A DNA stretch of 64,000 nt from an uncultured Chloroflexia bacterium (GCA_963814375.1 CAWFCQ010000007.1:1-64000); one strand, 5' to 3'. Counted from the first letter of the stretch, positions 33,379-45,115 are shown. Made by a program: numbers and translations. The notes: generated by a model from the letters alone, not told the origin.

Positions 33379-33939
33379 ATGGCGCAAACGCCACCCACCA
33401 ACTACGACGATCCGGCCACCACGACGCCGGGCTCCACCGAGACGCAGAGCCCGCTGGCCGAAGCCGGGCAGCAGGCCAAGGACGAGGCGGACCACCTCGC
33501 CACACGCGCAGCCGACATCGGCTTCAAGCAGGCCGATCGCGGACGCGAGCAGGCGGCTGACGGCGTCGCCAAGGTCGCCCAGACGATTCGGCGCGTCTCG
33601 AGCGACATCGAGGGCCAGCCCGCCATCGCCGATGCCGCGACCGGCGCGGCCGACCAGGCCGATCGTTTCGCCGCCTACCTGCGCGAGCATGACGCGCGCG
33701 ACATGATCAACTCCGTCGAGGATGCCGCTCGACGCCAGCCGCTCCTCTTCCTCGGCGCCGCGTTCGCGCTCGGCGTCGCCGCCTCCCGGCTGGTCAAGGC
33801 GGCCGGAAGTGGATCGGCCTCGGAGACCAAGAGCCGGAGTGCCTACGGCGGCGCGGCAAGCCTGGGGTCCAAGCCATACCGCGCCACCGGATCGGCCGGG
33901 CATAACGGCGGCGACGGCTTCGAGGGCGAGGGCATCTGA
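33379..33939 (+). CDS. Helical membrane-anchored stress-type protein (ElaB/DUF883-like C-terminal half)
   Basis: YLREHD...VEDAARRQPLLFLGAAFALGVAASRLVK. Confidence 0.75.
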   Translation: MAQTPPTNYDDPATTTPGSTETQSPLAEAGQQAKDEADHLATRAADIGFKQADRGREQAADGVAKVAQTIRRVSSDIEGQPAIADAATGAADQADRFAAYLREHDARDMINSVEDAARRQPLLFLGAAFALGVAASRLVKAAGSGSASETKSRSAYGGAASLGSKPYRATGSAGHNGGDGFEGEGI

Positions 33940-33941
33940 CG

Positions 33942-34338
33942 ATGCGCGAACCTGACGAATCCCGCAGCCTGGGCGAGCTCTTCAGCGATCTCGGTCGACA
34001 GGTGAGCACGCTCGTCCGCGAGGAGATCAATCTCGCGCGCGTCGAGGTCACGTCGAGCGTCGGGCCAGCTTTCCCGTGGTGCCGTGATGGCCGCAGCGGG
34101 CGGCGTGCTGCTGTTCGCAGGGTTCCTCGTCCTGCTCGCCGCGGCGACATTCGCCCTGATCGACGCGGGCATGGATCCGTGGCTGGCGTCGCTCGTGGTC
34201 GCCGCCGTCGTTCTCATCGTCGGCGGGGTCGTCACCTGGATGGGCATCAACCAGATTCGCAGCGCGGAGCTGGCACCACGGCAGACGGTCGAGACCGTTC
34301 GCGAGAACGTCGAGCTCGTCAAGGAGTCGATGAAATGA
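33942..34338 (+). CDS. Phage holin family (YhjD/DUF1469-like) membrane protein (frameshift near 34065)
   Basis: SLGELFSDL..QVSTLVREEINLARVE; two TM helices; LAPRQTVETVREN. Confidence 0.82.
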
Positions 34339-35121
34339 CCGATGACCGACACGAGGCCGCGGTCGCAGATGCGACGGCGGACGAGATGGAGCGCATGAGC
34401 GACGACGAAGCTGCCGAGGTGACCGATATCCGAGCGGATATCGACGAGACGCAGGCCGAGATGAGCGGCACCCTGCGCGAGCTCGGCGACCGCCTCGAGC
34501 CTGGCCACCTCGTCAACGAAGCCAAGGAGAAGGTTCGCGACGCGACCGTCGGTCGTGTCGAGGACACCGCGAAGGGGGTCTCAGAGATGGTGATCGAGAC
34601 GATCAAGCGCAATCCGATCCCGGCCGCCATGGCCGGCGCCGGCCTCGCCCTGCTGTGGGCGAACCGATCGAATGGCCACACCCAGCCGACGCCGGGCGCC
34701 TACGGGAAGGAAACTCCCGGAGCCTTCGGCAAGTCCACGTCGAGCGGCCCGGGCGTCGGCGATCGCGTCGGCAACGTTGCGTCGAGCGTCGGCGACAGCG
34801 TCAGCGGCGCCGCCGACAAGGTCGGCCAGACGGCCGGCGACGTCGGCACGAACATCGGGCAGACCGCCGGCCAGGTCGGGGGCCAGCTCGAGAGCCTGAT
34901 GCAGGCAAGCCCTCTGGCGATGGGCGCCATCGCTGTTGGGGCCGGTGCCGTGGTCGGCGCCCTCATTCCCGGAGACGCCGCAGGAGCGCGAGTTCCTTGG
35001 AGACGCGGGGCAGCAGATCGGAGACACCGTCCGGCAGACCGTCGACAAGGCCGCCAGCGCAGCCGAGCAGGCGCTCGACCGGACCGAGGAGAACGTCGCG
35101 ACCGGCTCCACCGCCTATTGA
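34335..35121 (+). CDS. DUF3618 domain protein (frameshift near 34970)
   Basis: IRADIDETQAEMSGTLRELGDRLEP, NPIPAAMAGAG and LEA-like Ala/Gly repeats. Confidence 0.82.
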
Positions 35122-35156
35122 TCGGCTAACTCTGATTTGGGGGTGCCCTCCCCTAC

Positions 35157-35194
35157 GGCCCCGGTTCCGCTTCGGCGGGCCGGGGCCTTTCGTT
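35157..35194 (+). terminator. Rho-independent terminator
   Basis: GGCCCCGGTTCCGC-TTCG-GCGGGCCGGGGCC followed by TTTCGTT. Confidence 0.8.
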
Positions 35195-35309
35195 CGGGCG
35201 TCCCTCGGCATGAGTCGCACGGGGTGACACCAAGTGACACATTCGGCGCCGGATTGCGTCACACCGGCGCAGATAGCCCACCATCCCGGACACACACCGA
35301 GGATCTGCC

Positions 35310-36572
35310 TTGAGCCGTCGCCTGGTGATCACCGTGGGAGCCGCGATCGCCGCGGTCGTTGCTGTCGCCGTCGCATTCGTGGTCTGGGGCGGCGAGGAGC
35401 CACCAGCCGCCAGCCCAACTCCGAGCGCCAGCGCGAGTCGTCAGCCATCGGCCAGCTCGAGTGCCAGCGCCAGCGCATCGGCCTCGCCTTCGGCCGCGCC
35501 GTCCGTCAGCCCGTCGCCGTCGGAAGCCGCGGGGCCACCCCAGGTTGCCTGGGAGCCTGTCGATGCCGTGGACGACGCCGCGGAGCTCTTCAACGTGGCC
35601 TTCGTCGACGGACGATGGTTTGCCGCTGGCGATATCGATGGGCTGCCAGCGATCTGGCGTAGCGGCGACGGTCGATCGTGGTCGCCGACGAACGTCACCA
35701 CGACGGTGACAGAAACCGAGTGGGCTTGGGTGTCCGACGTCGTCGCGCTGAATGGGACGCTCATCGCAATCGGTTCTTGGGGCGCCATCGAGTCCGACCA
35801 GGTCGCGTGGGCGACCTGGCGTTCCACCGACGGCGGCGCCAACTGGACCGAGGATCGGACCGATTCGGCCGCAGCCCGTGCCGTGACCGCGGGCGGACCG
35901 GGCCTGGCTGCAGCCGGGTGGGACTACTTCGGCATCTTGCCTTTCAACTCGTGGATGTCGCTGACCGCCGATGGCCAGACGTGGGCACGGGTCGACTCCG
36001 ACTCCCTTGTCAACTCGGAGGTGCATGCGCTGACCGTTCTCGGCGAACGGCTCATCGCGGTCGGTAATCGGTCAACCCCGTCGGGGTACGCGCCCGCCGC
36101 TTGGGTCTCGGACGACGCAGGGGAGACATGGCGGCTGACCGAGCCTGGCTCGCCGTCCGTCGATTCGTTGGGCTCCGTCAGCGACATCACTCTCCTCGGC
36201 GATGTGGCCGTGGCGGTCGGCCGCAGCGGCGACGCCCAAAGCAGCACACCGTTTGCATGGCTGTCCACCGATGGCGAGACCTGGCGCCAGGAGGTGATGG
36301 GCGAGGACGCCACCGCGAATGCCATCTCGGTCGTCGACGGCGGCCTCGTCGCCGTCGGTAATGGCAGCGGCCTTGATCCCGGCCCCGAGGTTGCGTGGAC
36401 CTCCGCGGACGGCATCCTGTGGGCGGAGTCGGGGCCGCTGTCGGCTGGCAGCGGCGTCCGTGGGCTGAGCGGCGCGGCCGGTGCCGGCGACGTGGTCATC
36501 GCCAGCGTCACCTGCCGAGGTGATCCGTGCGGCCCCCGTATCTGGCGCGGCGAGGTCTCGGCGGCTCCCTGA
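35310..36572 (+). CDS. Membrane-anchored BNR/Asp-box beta-propeller protein
   Basis: N-terminal TM, Ser/Pro linker and six W-x-S-x-D-G-x-x-W-like repeats. Confidence 0.8.
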   Translation: MSRRLVITVGAAIAAVVAVAVAFVVWGGEEPPAASPTPSASASRQPSASSSASASASASPSAAPSVSPSPSEAAGPPQVAWEPVDAVDDAAELFNVAFVDGRWFAAGDIDGLPAIWRSGDGRSWSPTNVTTTVTETEWAWVSDVVALNGTLIAIGSWGAIESDQVAWATWRSTDGGANWTEDRTDSAAARAVTAGGPGLAAAGWDYFGILPFNSWMSLTADGQTWARVDSDSLVNSEVHALTVLGERLIAVGNRSTPSGYAPAAWVSDDAGETWRLTEPGSPSVDSLGSVSDITLLGDVAVAVGRSGDAQSSTPFAWLSTDGETWRQEVMGEDATANAISVVDGGLVAVGNGSGLDPGPEVAWTSADGILWAESGPLSAGSGVRGLSGAAGAGDVVIASVTCRGDPCGPRIWRGEVSAAP

Positions 36573-36582
36573 CGGCGCGACG

Positions 36583-37396
36583 TCAGCGCACCAGGGGGAC
36601 GCGCGGATCCGGCTCCAGCGAAGCCCACGACGGCTCGCACGTGGTCGAGCGCAGGGTCGAACGAGCAGGCCATGGTTCGCACGTCGCCGGCGAGGGCGTT
36701 GAGGTAGTAGGCATCGTCGCCGTGGGTGGCGACGAACGGGTGGTAGCCGTCGCGCACGATGACGGTTTCGCCATCCCGCACCGCCCACAGGCCCTCGACC
36801 GAGCCGCCGTAGAGACGCTGAACGCCCCAGGCATCGGCGCGGCGGAACCGGTAGTGGTAGACCTCCTCGAGGATCGCCTCGCGCGGCATGTCATCGGTGT
36901 CGTGCTTGTGCGGCGGCCAGGAGCTCCAGTTGCCCGAAGGGGTGAAGACCTCGACCACCTCGAGGCGATCGGCCGGGAACTCGGGCGTGATGATGTGGTT
37001 GATCTGGCGCGTCGCGTTGCCCGCGCCACGCACCTCGACGCGGACGTCTTCCGGGCCGATCCGGACCGGCGCATCGGCCGTGGCACGCCCCGAGGCCGGC
37101 GCGCTTGCGACCGCCACCGTCAGCGGGCCGTCGAGCGGCTCGACGGTCGCGACTTGACCGGGCGGCAGGTACACCGCCGATGGCAGCCCGTCCCAGACCG
37201 ATGCGCGCCCGGCAAGCTCGAGCTGACCGACGCGGAACGCACCTCCGCCCAACCCGACGATCGCCGTTTCGGTGTCGGGAGCACCGACCTGCATCGGCTG
37301 TGACAGCTCGTGGACGGCGAACGAGAGGTAGCGCCAGCCGGCCCGCTCGGGCGTCACGACCTCGCCGGGCGGCAGGCGCAGGTCGGGATCGGTCAC
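36583..37396 (-). CDS. iolB: 5-deoxy-glucuronate isomerase (frameshift near 3' end)
   Basis: RGAGNATRQI, EVFTPSGNWSSWPPHKHD, LEEVYHY, GYHP, YYLNALAG. Confidence 0.92.
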
Positions 37397-38465
37397 GCCA
37401 GGAGCGCCTCGCCCGACGAGGTGCAGCAGCTCGTGATACGAGCCGATGAAGGTGCGCAGCGTCTTGACGGTCGGGCCCCACGAGTCGAACTCGGAGACCG
37501 CAAGGCCGTCCGGCTCGAACGCCCGCACGAAGTCGGGCAGCGCGCGCAGCTCCTCGATGATGGGATGGATCGACCGGGTCGTCGATGCGCGGCCGAACGG
37601 CGACCGACGAGGCATTGAATCGCCGCTGCCAGGCCGGCGGCAGCGTGATGACGACGTCGCCGCCGATCAGCTCCGACCAGTGCAGCTGATGCCGGATGGC
37701 GGCGCCGAGGAGGCGAGCACGGAACCCGCGCGACGGCCACTCGGCGAGCGCACGCTTGAAGACGGCGATCCCCGACCACGGCAGCGCCGATGGGTGAACG
37801 GTGAGCCCGTCGCGGTCGACGATCTCGCGCAGCCAGTCCTCGAGGCGGCCCATCATGATCGTGATGACCGGCCCCATCCGATCGGTCGGAAGGTCCTCGG
37901 CGTCGCGGCGTCGCAGGCCGCGCTCGACGGCATCGGCGGCCGCGAGCGCCTGGGCGACGGAGAACGACACCGTCGCGTTGATGCTGATGCCGCGGTACGT
38001 CGCCTCCTCCATCGCCGCCACCCCGGCGCTGGTGGTCGGGAACTTGACGATGACGTTCGGCGCCAGCTCGGAGAAGGCGAAGGCCTGGGTCACCATGGCG
38101 GGAGCGTCGCGGAAAAGGGTCGGATCGGTCTGGATGCTGAGCCGGCCGGCGCGCCCGCCGGAGGCCTCGAAGGCCGGCATGAGCAGGGGCGCGGCTCGCA
38201 CGCTCATCTCGGCCACGATCCCCCACGCCAGCTCGCGCTCCGACCATGCGGGCTGCTCGGCGCCCAGCTGCCGCACCCGGGTGGCCCAGTGATCCGGGTC
38301 CTTGCGCCAGTTGTCGACCACGATCGTCGGGTTGGCGGTGGCGCCGACCGCGCCGAAGCCGACAGCGTAGGCGAGCTCGTCGACGTTGCAGCTGTCGTTC
38401 CAGATGTCGGTCGCGGTCTCGGCGATCGTGCGGCCGAGCGGCGTATCGGTCAGGGTGGCTGCCAT
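37393..38465 (-). CDS. Transaldolase/FSA family class I aldolase (frameshifts)
   Basis: WNDS, GATANPTI, LSIQTDP, NVIVKFP (Schiff-base Lys), INATVSFS. Confidence 0.88.
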
Positions 38466-38503
38466 GAGTGCCCCGATGGTAGACCGCGCCTAGAATCGGG
38501 ACC

Positions 38504-40288
38504 ATGCCACCCCAGCGCCTGACCGGCGCCGAGATCGTCGTCAAGTTCCTCGCGCGTGCGGGCGTGCGACACGCGGCCGGCATCCCCGGCCACGGGGCAT
38601 GGACCCTGACCGATGCGCTCCTCGACTGTCCCGAGATCCGCACGGTCCAGGTCATGCACGAGCAGTCCGCCGTCCACCTCGCCGATGGCTACTACCGAGC
38701 GTCCGGTCAGCCGATGCTGGCCTTCACCTCCATCGGGCCCGGGGCCACGAACACGGTGATCGGGATGGCCACCGCCTACGTGGACTCCACCGCGGTCGCG
38801 CTGTTCACCGGCTCGACGCACACGTACATGCGGGGTCACGGCGTGCTCCAGGAGCTCGAGCGCCGGCACGCCGCCGACAACCCGCGCATCTTCGAGCCGG
38901 TCGTCAAGGAGTGGTGGCAGCCGTCGCGCGTGGACGACCTGCCCTTCGTCCTCCACCGCGCCTGGAATGCGATGACTACCGGGCGACCCGGCCCCGTTCT
39001 GCTCGACGTGCCGATGGACGTCCAGGCGGCGACCGCCGAGGTCAACCTCCCCGAGCTGGCGCAGCGAGAGGCGCGCGGCCGCCCACGCCCGGACGCGGAC
39101 GCCGTCGAACGCGCCGCCCGGCTGCTGGCCGATGCACGCCGCCCGGTGATCGTGGCCGGAGGCGGCGTCATCGGGGCCGACGCGACCGCCGAGCTGCGCG
39201 CCGTCGCGGAGCGGCTCGGCGCGCCGGTCGTGACGACCTGGAACGGGAAGGGCGCGATCGACGAGACCCATCCGCTGGCAGGCCAGACGATCGGCGACAC
39301 CGGATCGACCATCGGCAATGCGCTGGCGGCCACGGCCGACGTGATCCTGAGCGTCGGGTGCCGCTTCGTGGACTGGTCGACGTCCTCGTGGCGTGCGGGC
39401 GTGACCTTCGCGATCCCGCCGACCCAGCTCATCCAGCTCGACATCGACGAGCGCGAGATCGGCAAGAACTATCCCGTCGCCGTCCCGCTCGTGGCCGATG
39501 CGCGCGCCGGGCTGGCCGATCTGCTCGACGCGCTCGGAGGCGGCGAGCCGAGCACGGATTACGGCGACGAGATCGATCGGCTGCGCGAAGCCTGGCGAGA
39601 GCAGATCGAGGTGAAGTCCGGCTCCGACGCGAGGCCGATGACGATGGCGCGGGCCGTGCGGGAGGTGCAGGCCGCAACCCGGCCGGATGCGATCGTGGTG
39701 ACCGGCGCCGGCCTGCCGCAGGGCATGGTCAAGCAGCGCTGGGTCACGCGCGAGCCGCGCACCCACATCACCTCGGGTGGCTTCAGCACGATGGGCTTCA
39801 CGCTCCCCGCGGCCATCGGCGCGCAGCTGGCTCGACCGGAGGCGCAGGTGCTCGCGATCTGCGGCGACGGCGACTTCCTTCAGTCGATGCAGGAGCTCGC
39901 ATCGGCGGCGATGCTCGGGACGCCGGTCTGCACGGTCGTGCTCGACAACTCGGGCTGGATCAGCATCAAGGGCGGGCAGCAGGCGCACTTCGGCCGGACC
40001 GCGATCACCGACTTCATGCGCGACGGGGCGCCGTACTCGCCCGACTTCGGGGCCATCGGTCGCGCATTCGGTATCCACGCCGAGGTCGCCGACGCGCCCG
40101 ATGAGGTGCGACCCGCCGTCGAACGCGCCCTGGCCTCGGGCGGGCCGTCGCTCGTCCATGTGAAGGTCGACCGCGACCTGGCCGTGGCCGGTCCCGACAA
40201 GACGGGCTGGTGGGACGTGCCGGTGCCCGAGGGCCGCCCCGTCTACGACGAGCAGCTGGCCGGAAGGGCCGAGGAGCAGCACCGGTGA
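38504..40288 (+). CDS. iolD: ThDP-dependent enzyme, probable IolD (THcHDO hydrolase)
   Basis: GIPGHG, HEQ, TSIGPGATN, LQELE, GDGDF...N; iol gene context. Confidence 0.75.
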   Translation: MPPQRLTGAEIVVKFLARAGVRHAAGIPGHGAWTLTDALLDCPEIRTVQVMHEQSAVHLADGYYRASGQPMLAFTSIGPGATNTVIGMATAYVDSTAVALFTGSTHTYMRGHGVLQELERRHAADNPRIFEPVVKEWWQPSRVDDLPFVLHRAWNAMTTGRPGPVLLDVPMDVQAATAEVNLPELAQREARGRPRPDADAVERAARLLADARRPVIVAGGGVIGADATAELRAVAERLGAPVVTTWNGKGAIDETHPLAGQTIGDTGSTIGNALAATADVILSVGCRFVDWSTSSWRAGVTFAIPPTQLIQLDIDEREIGKNYPVAVPLVADARAGLADLLDALGGGEPSTDYGDEIDRLREAWREQIEVKSGSDARPMTMARAVREVQAATRPDAIVVTGAGLPQGMVKQRWVTREPRTHITSGGFSTMGFTLPAAIGAQLARPEAQVLAICGDGDFLQSMQELASAAMLGTPVCTVVLDNSGWISIKGGQQAHFGRTAITDFMRDGAPYSPDFGAIGRAFGIHAEVADAPDEVRPAVERALASGGPSLVHVKVDRDLAVAGPDKTGWWDVPVPEGRPVYDEQLAGRAEEQHR

Positions 40289-41181
40289 GCCTGCGCGACG
40301 CGCCCGTCGGCTACGTGCCGATCGTCTGGAACAACGCCGACCTCTTCGATCTCGCGCCCGAGACGGCGGCGGAGACGGTGCTCGACGAGATCGCGCGCAT
40401 CGGCTATTCGGGGACCCAGTTCGGCCGCGGCTTTCCCGAGGGCGAGGAGCTGCGCGGCGAGCTCGAGCGTCGCGGGCTGCGATTGGCCGAGCTGTACTCG
40501 GCGCTGGGCTCGTCGCCGCAGGGCCTTGGGCCGGATGCGGCGCGGACCGCGCACCACGACCTGGCACGTCTGAAGGCGGCGGGAGGCGAGGTCCTGGTCG
40601 TGGCCCTCGACGGCGGAGGGGAGCGCGACGAGTGGAGCGGGCGCGTCGCCGATGGCGCACCTCGATGGCCCGACCGCGCCTTCGACGAGCTCGGCGCTCT
40701 GCTCGGCCGGTTGGCCGAGGCGGCGCCCGAGGGCGTCCGTGTCGCCTTCCACCCGCACCTGGCGACATGGATCGAGGCGCCCGACGAGGTGGATCGGCTG
40801 GCGGCCGCGCTGGAGGGGACCGGAGCCGGGCTGTGCCTGGACGTGGGCCACTATCTCGCGGGCGGCGGCGACCCGGTCGAGGCGATTCGGCGCCACGGGG
40901 ACCTCGTCACCCACGTCCATCTCAAGGACGTCGATCCGGCAGTCCTCGAGCGACTCAGGGCCGGCGAGCTCGAGAGCCTGGCGCTGGCGACCCGTGAGCG
41001 GATCTTCACCGAGCTCGGCAACGGGGCGCTCGACCTCGACGGCGTACTGCGCGAGCTCGACCGCGCCGGGTTCACCGGCTGGATGATGGTCGAGCAGGAT
41101 TCCTCGTGGCTGCCGCCGTCGGAGGCCGCGGCCATCGGCAGGCGCGTCCTGCGCTTCGCCATGCGAAGGCTCGAGGCGTGA
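40285..41181 (+). CDS. iolE: Myo-inosose-2 dehydratase (AP endonuclease 2 TIM barrel)
   Basis: PIVWNNAD, FHPH, LDVGH, HVHLKD, FTELG.G, VEQD. Confidence 0.85.
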   Translation: MSLRDAPVGYVPIVWNNADLFDLAPETAAETVLDEIARIGYSGTQFGRGFPEGEELRGELERRGLRLAELYSALGSSPQGLGPDAARTAHHDLARLKAAGGEVLVVALDGGGERDEWSGRVADGAPRWPDRAFDELGALLGRLAEAAPEGVRVAFHPHLATWIEAPDEVDRLAAALEGTGAGLCLDVGHYLAGGGDPVEAIRRHGDLVTHVHLKDVDPAVLERLRAGELESLALATRERIFTELGNGALDLDGVLRELDRAGFTGWMMVEQDSSWLPPSEAAAIGRRVLRFAMRRLEA

Positions 41182-42185
41182 AGGTCGCCGTCGTCGGCGC
41201 CGGCACCATGGGCGCCCTCCACGCTCAGCTGCTGGCCGAGACCGAAGACGTCGAGACCGTGCTCGTCGTCGACGTCGATCAGGGTCGGGCAAGCGAGGAG
41301 GCGGCGCGCATCGGCGGACGGGCGGCCTCCTTCGAGGAGGCGCTGACGGAGGCCGATGCCGTCGTGATCTCAACGCCGCCGCAGTTCCACGAGCAGCAGG
41401 TCACCGCCGCGATCGAGGCGGGCCTCCACGTCATGTGCGAGAAGCCGCTGACCGACCGCCTGGACTCGACGCTGGCGCTGGCGGAGCGCATCGAGTCGGA
41501 GGGCGCGCACGTCGAGGTCGGCTTCCAGCGACGCCACGATGCCGGCTTCCGCAGGGCACGCGAAGGGATCTCGGGCCGCATCCACGTCGTGCGGCTGACC
41601 GCGCACGATCCGATCGGATCGCCGCAGCCGCCACCTTCCGGCGACCCACCGGAGACCGCGCCGATCTTCCGCGACTCGTCGATCCATGACTTCGACGTCG
41701 TCCGCTGGCTCACCGGGCAGGAGGTCACCGAGGTCGCGGTCGAGGCCGGCCGCCGCGATGGGCGACGCCCCACCGATCCGCGCGAGATCGAGAGCGCGGG
41801 GGTGACGATGCGGCTGTCGGGCGGCGGGATCGCGATCCTGGAGGCGAGCTGGCTGCATCCGGCCGGCTACGACGTCCGGCTCGAGGTCATCTCCGAGGGC
41901 TCGGCGGTGAGCGGCGGCCTCTCGGCGCGCACGCCGACGCGCCACGCCGACTGGGACGAGCCCAACGCCGGCTGGGCCGGCTACCTCGAGCGGTTCGAGG
42001 CTGCCTATCGGGCCGAGCTCGTCGACTTCCTGGCGTGCTGCCGGGGCGTGCGTCCCGCCTTCAGCACCGCGCGAGACGGCGTCGAGGCGATGCGGATCGC
42101 CGTCGCCGCGACCCGAGCGTTCTCGGAGCGTCGCCTCGTGCGGCTCGACGAGATCCCTGGTCTCCCGCGGCGAGAGGTGGCCTGA
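41178..42185 (+). CDS. iolG: Gfo/Idh/MocA oxidoreductase, inositol 2-dehydrogenase-like
   Basis: GAGTMG, CEKP, GFQRRHD, IFRDSSIHDFD, GYDVRLE. Confidence 0.75.
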   Translation: MKVAVVGAGTMGALHAQLLAETEDVETVLVVDVDQGRASEEAARIGGRAASFEEALTEADAVVISTPPQFHEQQVTAAIEAGLHVMCEKPLTDRLDSTLALAERIESEGAHVEVGFQRRHDAGFRRAREGISGRIHVVRLTAHDPIGSPQPPPSGDPPETAPIFRDSSIHDFDVVRWLTGQEVTEVAVEAGRRDGRRPTDPREIESAGVTMRLSGGGIAILEASWLHPAGYDVRLEVISEGSAVSGGLSARTPTRHADWDEPNAGWAGYLERFEAAYRAELVDFLACCRGVRPAFSTARDGVEAMRIAVAATRAFSERRLVRLDEIPGLPRREVA

Positions 42186-42199
42186 GAGGCGTCAGGCTT

Positions 42200-42220
42200 T
42201 TTGTGCTTCTCATCGACAAA
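42200..42220. promoter_or_regulatory. Candidate ROK/XylR operator before xylA
   Basis: TTTGT-N11-ACAAA inverted repeat in an AT-rich patch. Confidence 0.65.
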
Positions 42221-42237
42221 CGTCTCTGGTACCGTCG

Positions 42238-43601
42238 ATGAGACCGCCCAAGGAGCACCTCGTGGCCGCCTTCTTTCCCGATGCCCCGGACCGGGTTCCG
42301 TTCGCCGGGCTCGACTCGCCGGAGCCCTTCGCCTACAAGGTCTATGAGCCTGATCGTCAGGTGCTGGGCAAGCGCATGGAGGACCAGCTGCGGATCGCGG
42401 TCTGCCTCTGGCACTCGTTCAACTGGCCTGGCTCCGACGTCTTCGGCGTCGGGACGTTCGATCGGCCCTGGCTGGCCCCGGCGTCGACCCGACCGAGGGC
42501 TCGCGCGCCAAGATCGACGCCGCATTCGAGTTCGTCGCCAAGCTCGGCGTCCCCTACTTCACCTTCCACGACCGCGACGTCGCTCCGGAGGGCGGGAGCT
42601 TCGGTGAGACGATCGCCATGCTCGACGCCGCGGTCGAGATGATCGAGGCCCACATGGAGCGGACCGGCATACGGCTTCTGTGGGGCACGGCCAACCTGTT
42701 CAGCCACCCGCGCTACGCGGCCGGAGCTGCCACGAACCCGGACCCCGAGGTGTTCGCCTACGCCGCCGCGCAGGTGAAGCACATGCTCGAGACGACGCAT
42801 CGGCTCGGCGGGGCGAACTACGTGCTGTGGGGCGGACGCGAGGGCTACGAGACGCTCCTCAACACCGACCTGGCGCGAGAGGAGGCTCAGCTCGCTCGCT
42901 TCCTGACGCTCGTCGCCGAGCACAAGCATCGCATCGGCTTCGAGGGCATGCTTCTTCTCGAGCCCAAGCCGCAGGAGCCGACCAAGCACCAGTACGACTA
43001 CGACTCGGCGACGGTCGACTCCTTCCTCGTGCGCCACGACCTCGCGGGCGAGTACCGCGTCAACATCGAGGCGAACCACGCCACGCTCGCCGGGCATAGC
43101 TTCGAGCACGAGGTCGCGGTCGCCGTCAGCCGCGGAATCTTCGGCAGCATCGACATGAACCGCGGCGATCCCCAGAACGGCTGGGACACCGACCAGTTCC
43201 CGAACTCCGTCGACGAGCTCGCGCTCGCCGTCTACGAGATCCTGCGCGGCGGCGGGTTCACGACCGGTGGCTTCAACTTCGACGCCAAGCTCAGGCGCCA
43301 GAGCATGGACCGCGCCGATCTCTTCCACGCCCACATCGGCGGGATCGACACCCTCGCGCGGGCGCTCCTGGTGGCCGCCGCGCTCGTCGAGAAGGGCGAC
43401 CTCGCCGATGAGAAGGAGCGCCGATACGCCGGCTGGGCCGACGGCCTCGGTGCGGAGATGCTCGAGGGCGGTCTGTCGCTTGGCGACATCGAGGCGCGCG
43501 TCGCCGGTGGAGGGATCGATCCTCGACCTCGCTCGGGCAGCCAGGAACGCCTGGAGAACATCGTCAACCAGCGCATCTGGTCGGCCGACCGGGACCGCTG
43601 A
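42238..43601 (+). CDS. xylA: Xylose isomerase, class II (frameshift near 42495)
   Basis: [60 protein letters not shown]. Confidence 0.96.
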
Positions 43602-43604
43602 GCG

Positions 43605-45115
43605 GTGGGATCCCACGTTCTCGGGATCGACGTCTCGACCACCGCGACCAAGGCGATCCTCGTGGACGAGGCTGGCACCGTGGCGGGCGTCGGATCGGCG
43701 GAGTACGACTTCGCGGTTCCCGCGCCGCTGTGGAGCGAGCAGGACCCCGAGCTGTGGTGGAGCGGCGCGCAGGTCGCCATCCGCGCCGCGCTGAACACCG
43801 CCGGCATCTCCGGCACCGACGTCGCGGCGATCGGGCTGACCGGCCAGATGCATGGCGCCGTGCTCCTCGACGACGCCGATCGGCCGCTTCGGCCGGCCAT
43901 CCTGTGGAACGACCAGCGCACCGCCGCGGAGTGCGACGAGATCCGCGAGCTGGTTGGGCCGCGACGCCTGATCGAGATCACCGGCAACGATGCGCTCACC
44001 GGCTTCACCGCGCCGAAGCTGCTGTGGGTGCGCCGCAACGAGCCGGACACGTGGGCGCGGGTCGCGCACGTCATGCTGCCGAAGGACTACGTTCGCCTGC
44101 GGCTGACCGGCGAGCACGCCACTGACCGGGCCGATGCCGCGGGCACCCTGCTTCTCGACCTGGCCGCCCGCGACTGGTCAACCGAGGTGCTCGACGCGCT
44201 CGACATCGAGCCGGCGATCCTGCCGCGTACCTTCGAGGGCCCCGAGGTCACCGGACACATCACCGCCGAAGCGGCCGATGCGACCGGGCTGCGCGCCGGC
44301 ACCCCGGTCGTGGCCGGCGGTGGCGACCAGGCGGCGAACGCCGTCGGCGTCGGAGCGATCGACGAGGGGGTGGTGGCGCTCTCGCTCGGCACATCCGGCG
44401 TGGTCTTCGCCGCCACGGCACAGCCAATCATCGAGCCCGCCGGGCGAGTCCATGCCTTCTGCCATGCGGTGCCGGATCGCTGGCACCTCATGTCGGTCAT
44501 GCTCTCGGCCGCCGGCAGCCTGCGCTGGTTCCGCGATGCCCTCGCGCCCGGCGTCGAGTTCGCCGCCCTGGCCGACGAGGCAGCCGGCGTGCCTGCCGGC
44601 GCTGACGGGCTCCTCTTCCTCCCCTACCTCAGTGGCGAGCGCAGCCCGCACGCGGATCCGCTGGCGCGCGGCGCGTTCATCGGCCTCACGGTGGCCCACG
44701 AGCGGCGGCATCTGACGCGTGCCGTGCTGGAAGGCGTCGCCTTCGGACTGCGCGACGGGCTCGACCAGATGACCGCGACCGGTGTCCCCGCGCCCCACCA
44801 GATCCGCGCCTCCGGGGGCGGCATGGCCAGTCCGCGTCTGGCGCCAGATCCTGGCCGACGTCCTCGTCGCCGAGATAGCCGCCGTCGGGACAGCCGAGGG
44901 TGCCGCCTATGGCGCAGCTCTGCTCGCCTCGGTCGGCGCCGGCTGGTTCACGAGCCTCGAAGAGGCGGCGAGTAGGGTCGTGCGAGTGACGCCGGTCGCC
45001 GCACCGGGCGCCGACGCGCAGGTGTACGTCGACGCTCTCGAGTGCCTATCGATCCCTCTATCCGGCCCTGGCGCCGATGTTCCACCGCGAGGTCACATCG
45101 GCGGCAGAGGGCTAG
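43605..45115 (+). CDS. xylB: Xylulokinase (frameshifts near 44835 and 45040)
   Basis: [43 protein letters not shown]. Confidence 0.95.

Noticed and set aside
33942-34338. Holin-family gene as evidence of a prophage
   Set aside because: This family normally sits with DUF3618 in chromosomal stress operons, and no phage genes are nearby.
38450-40768. Long antisense and alternative-frame ORFs (772 aa here; also 51591-53738 and 42357-44117)
   Set aside because: They are shadow ORFs of real genes in high-GC DNA, Arg/Pro/Gly-rich and without motifs.
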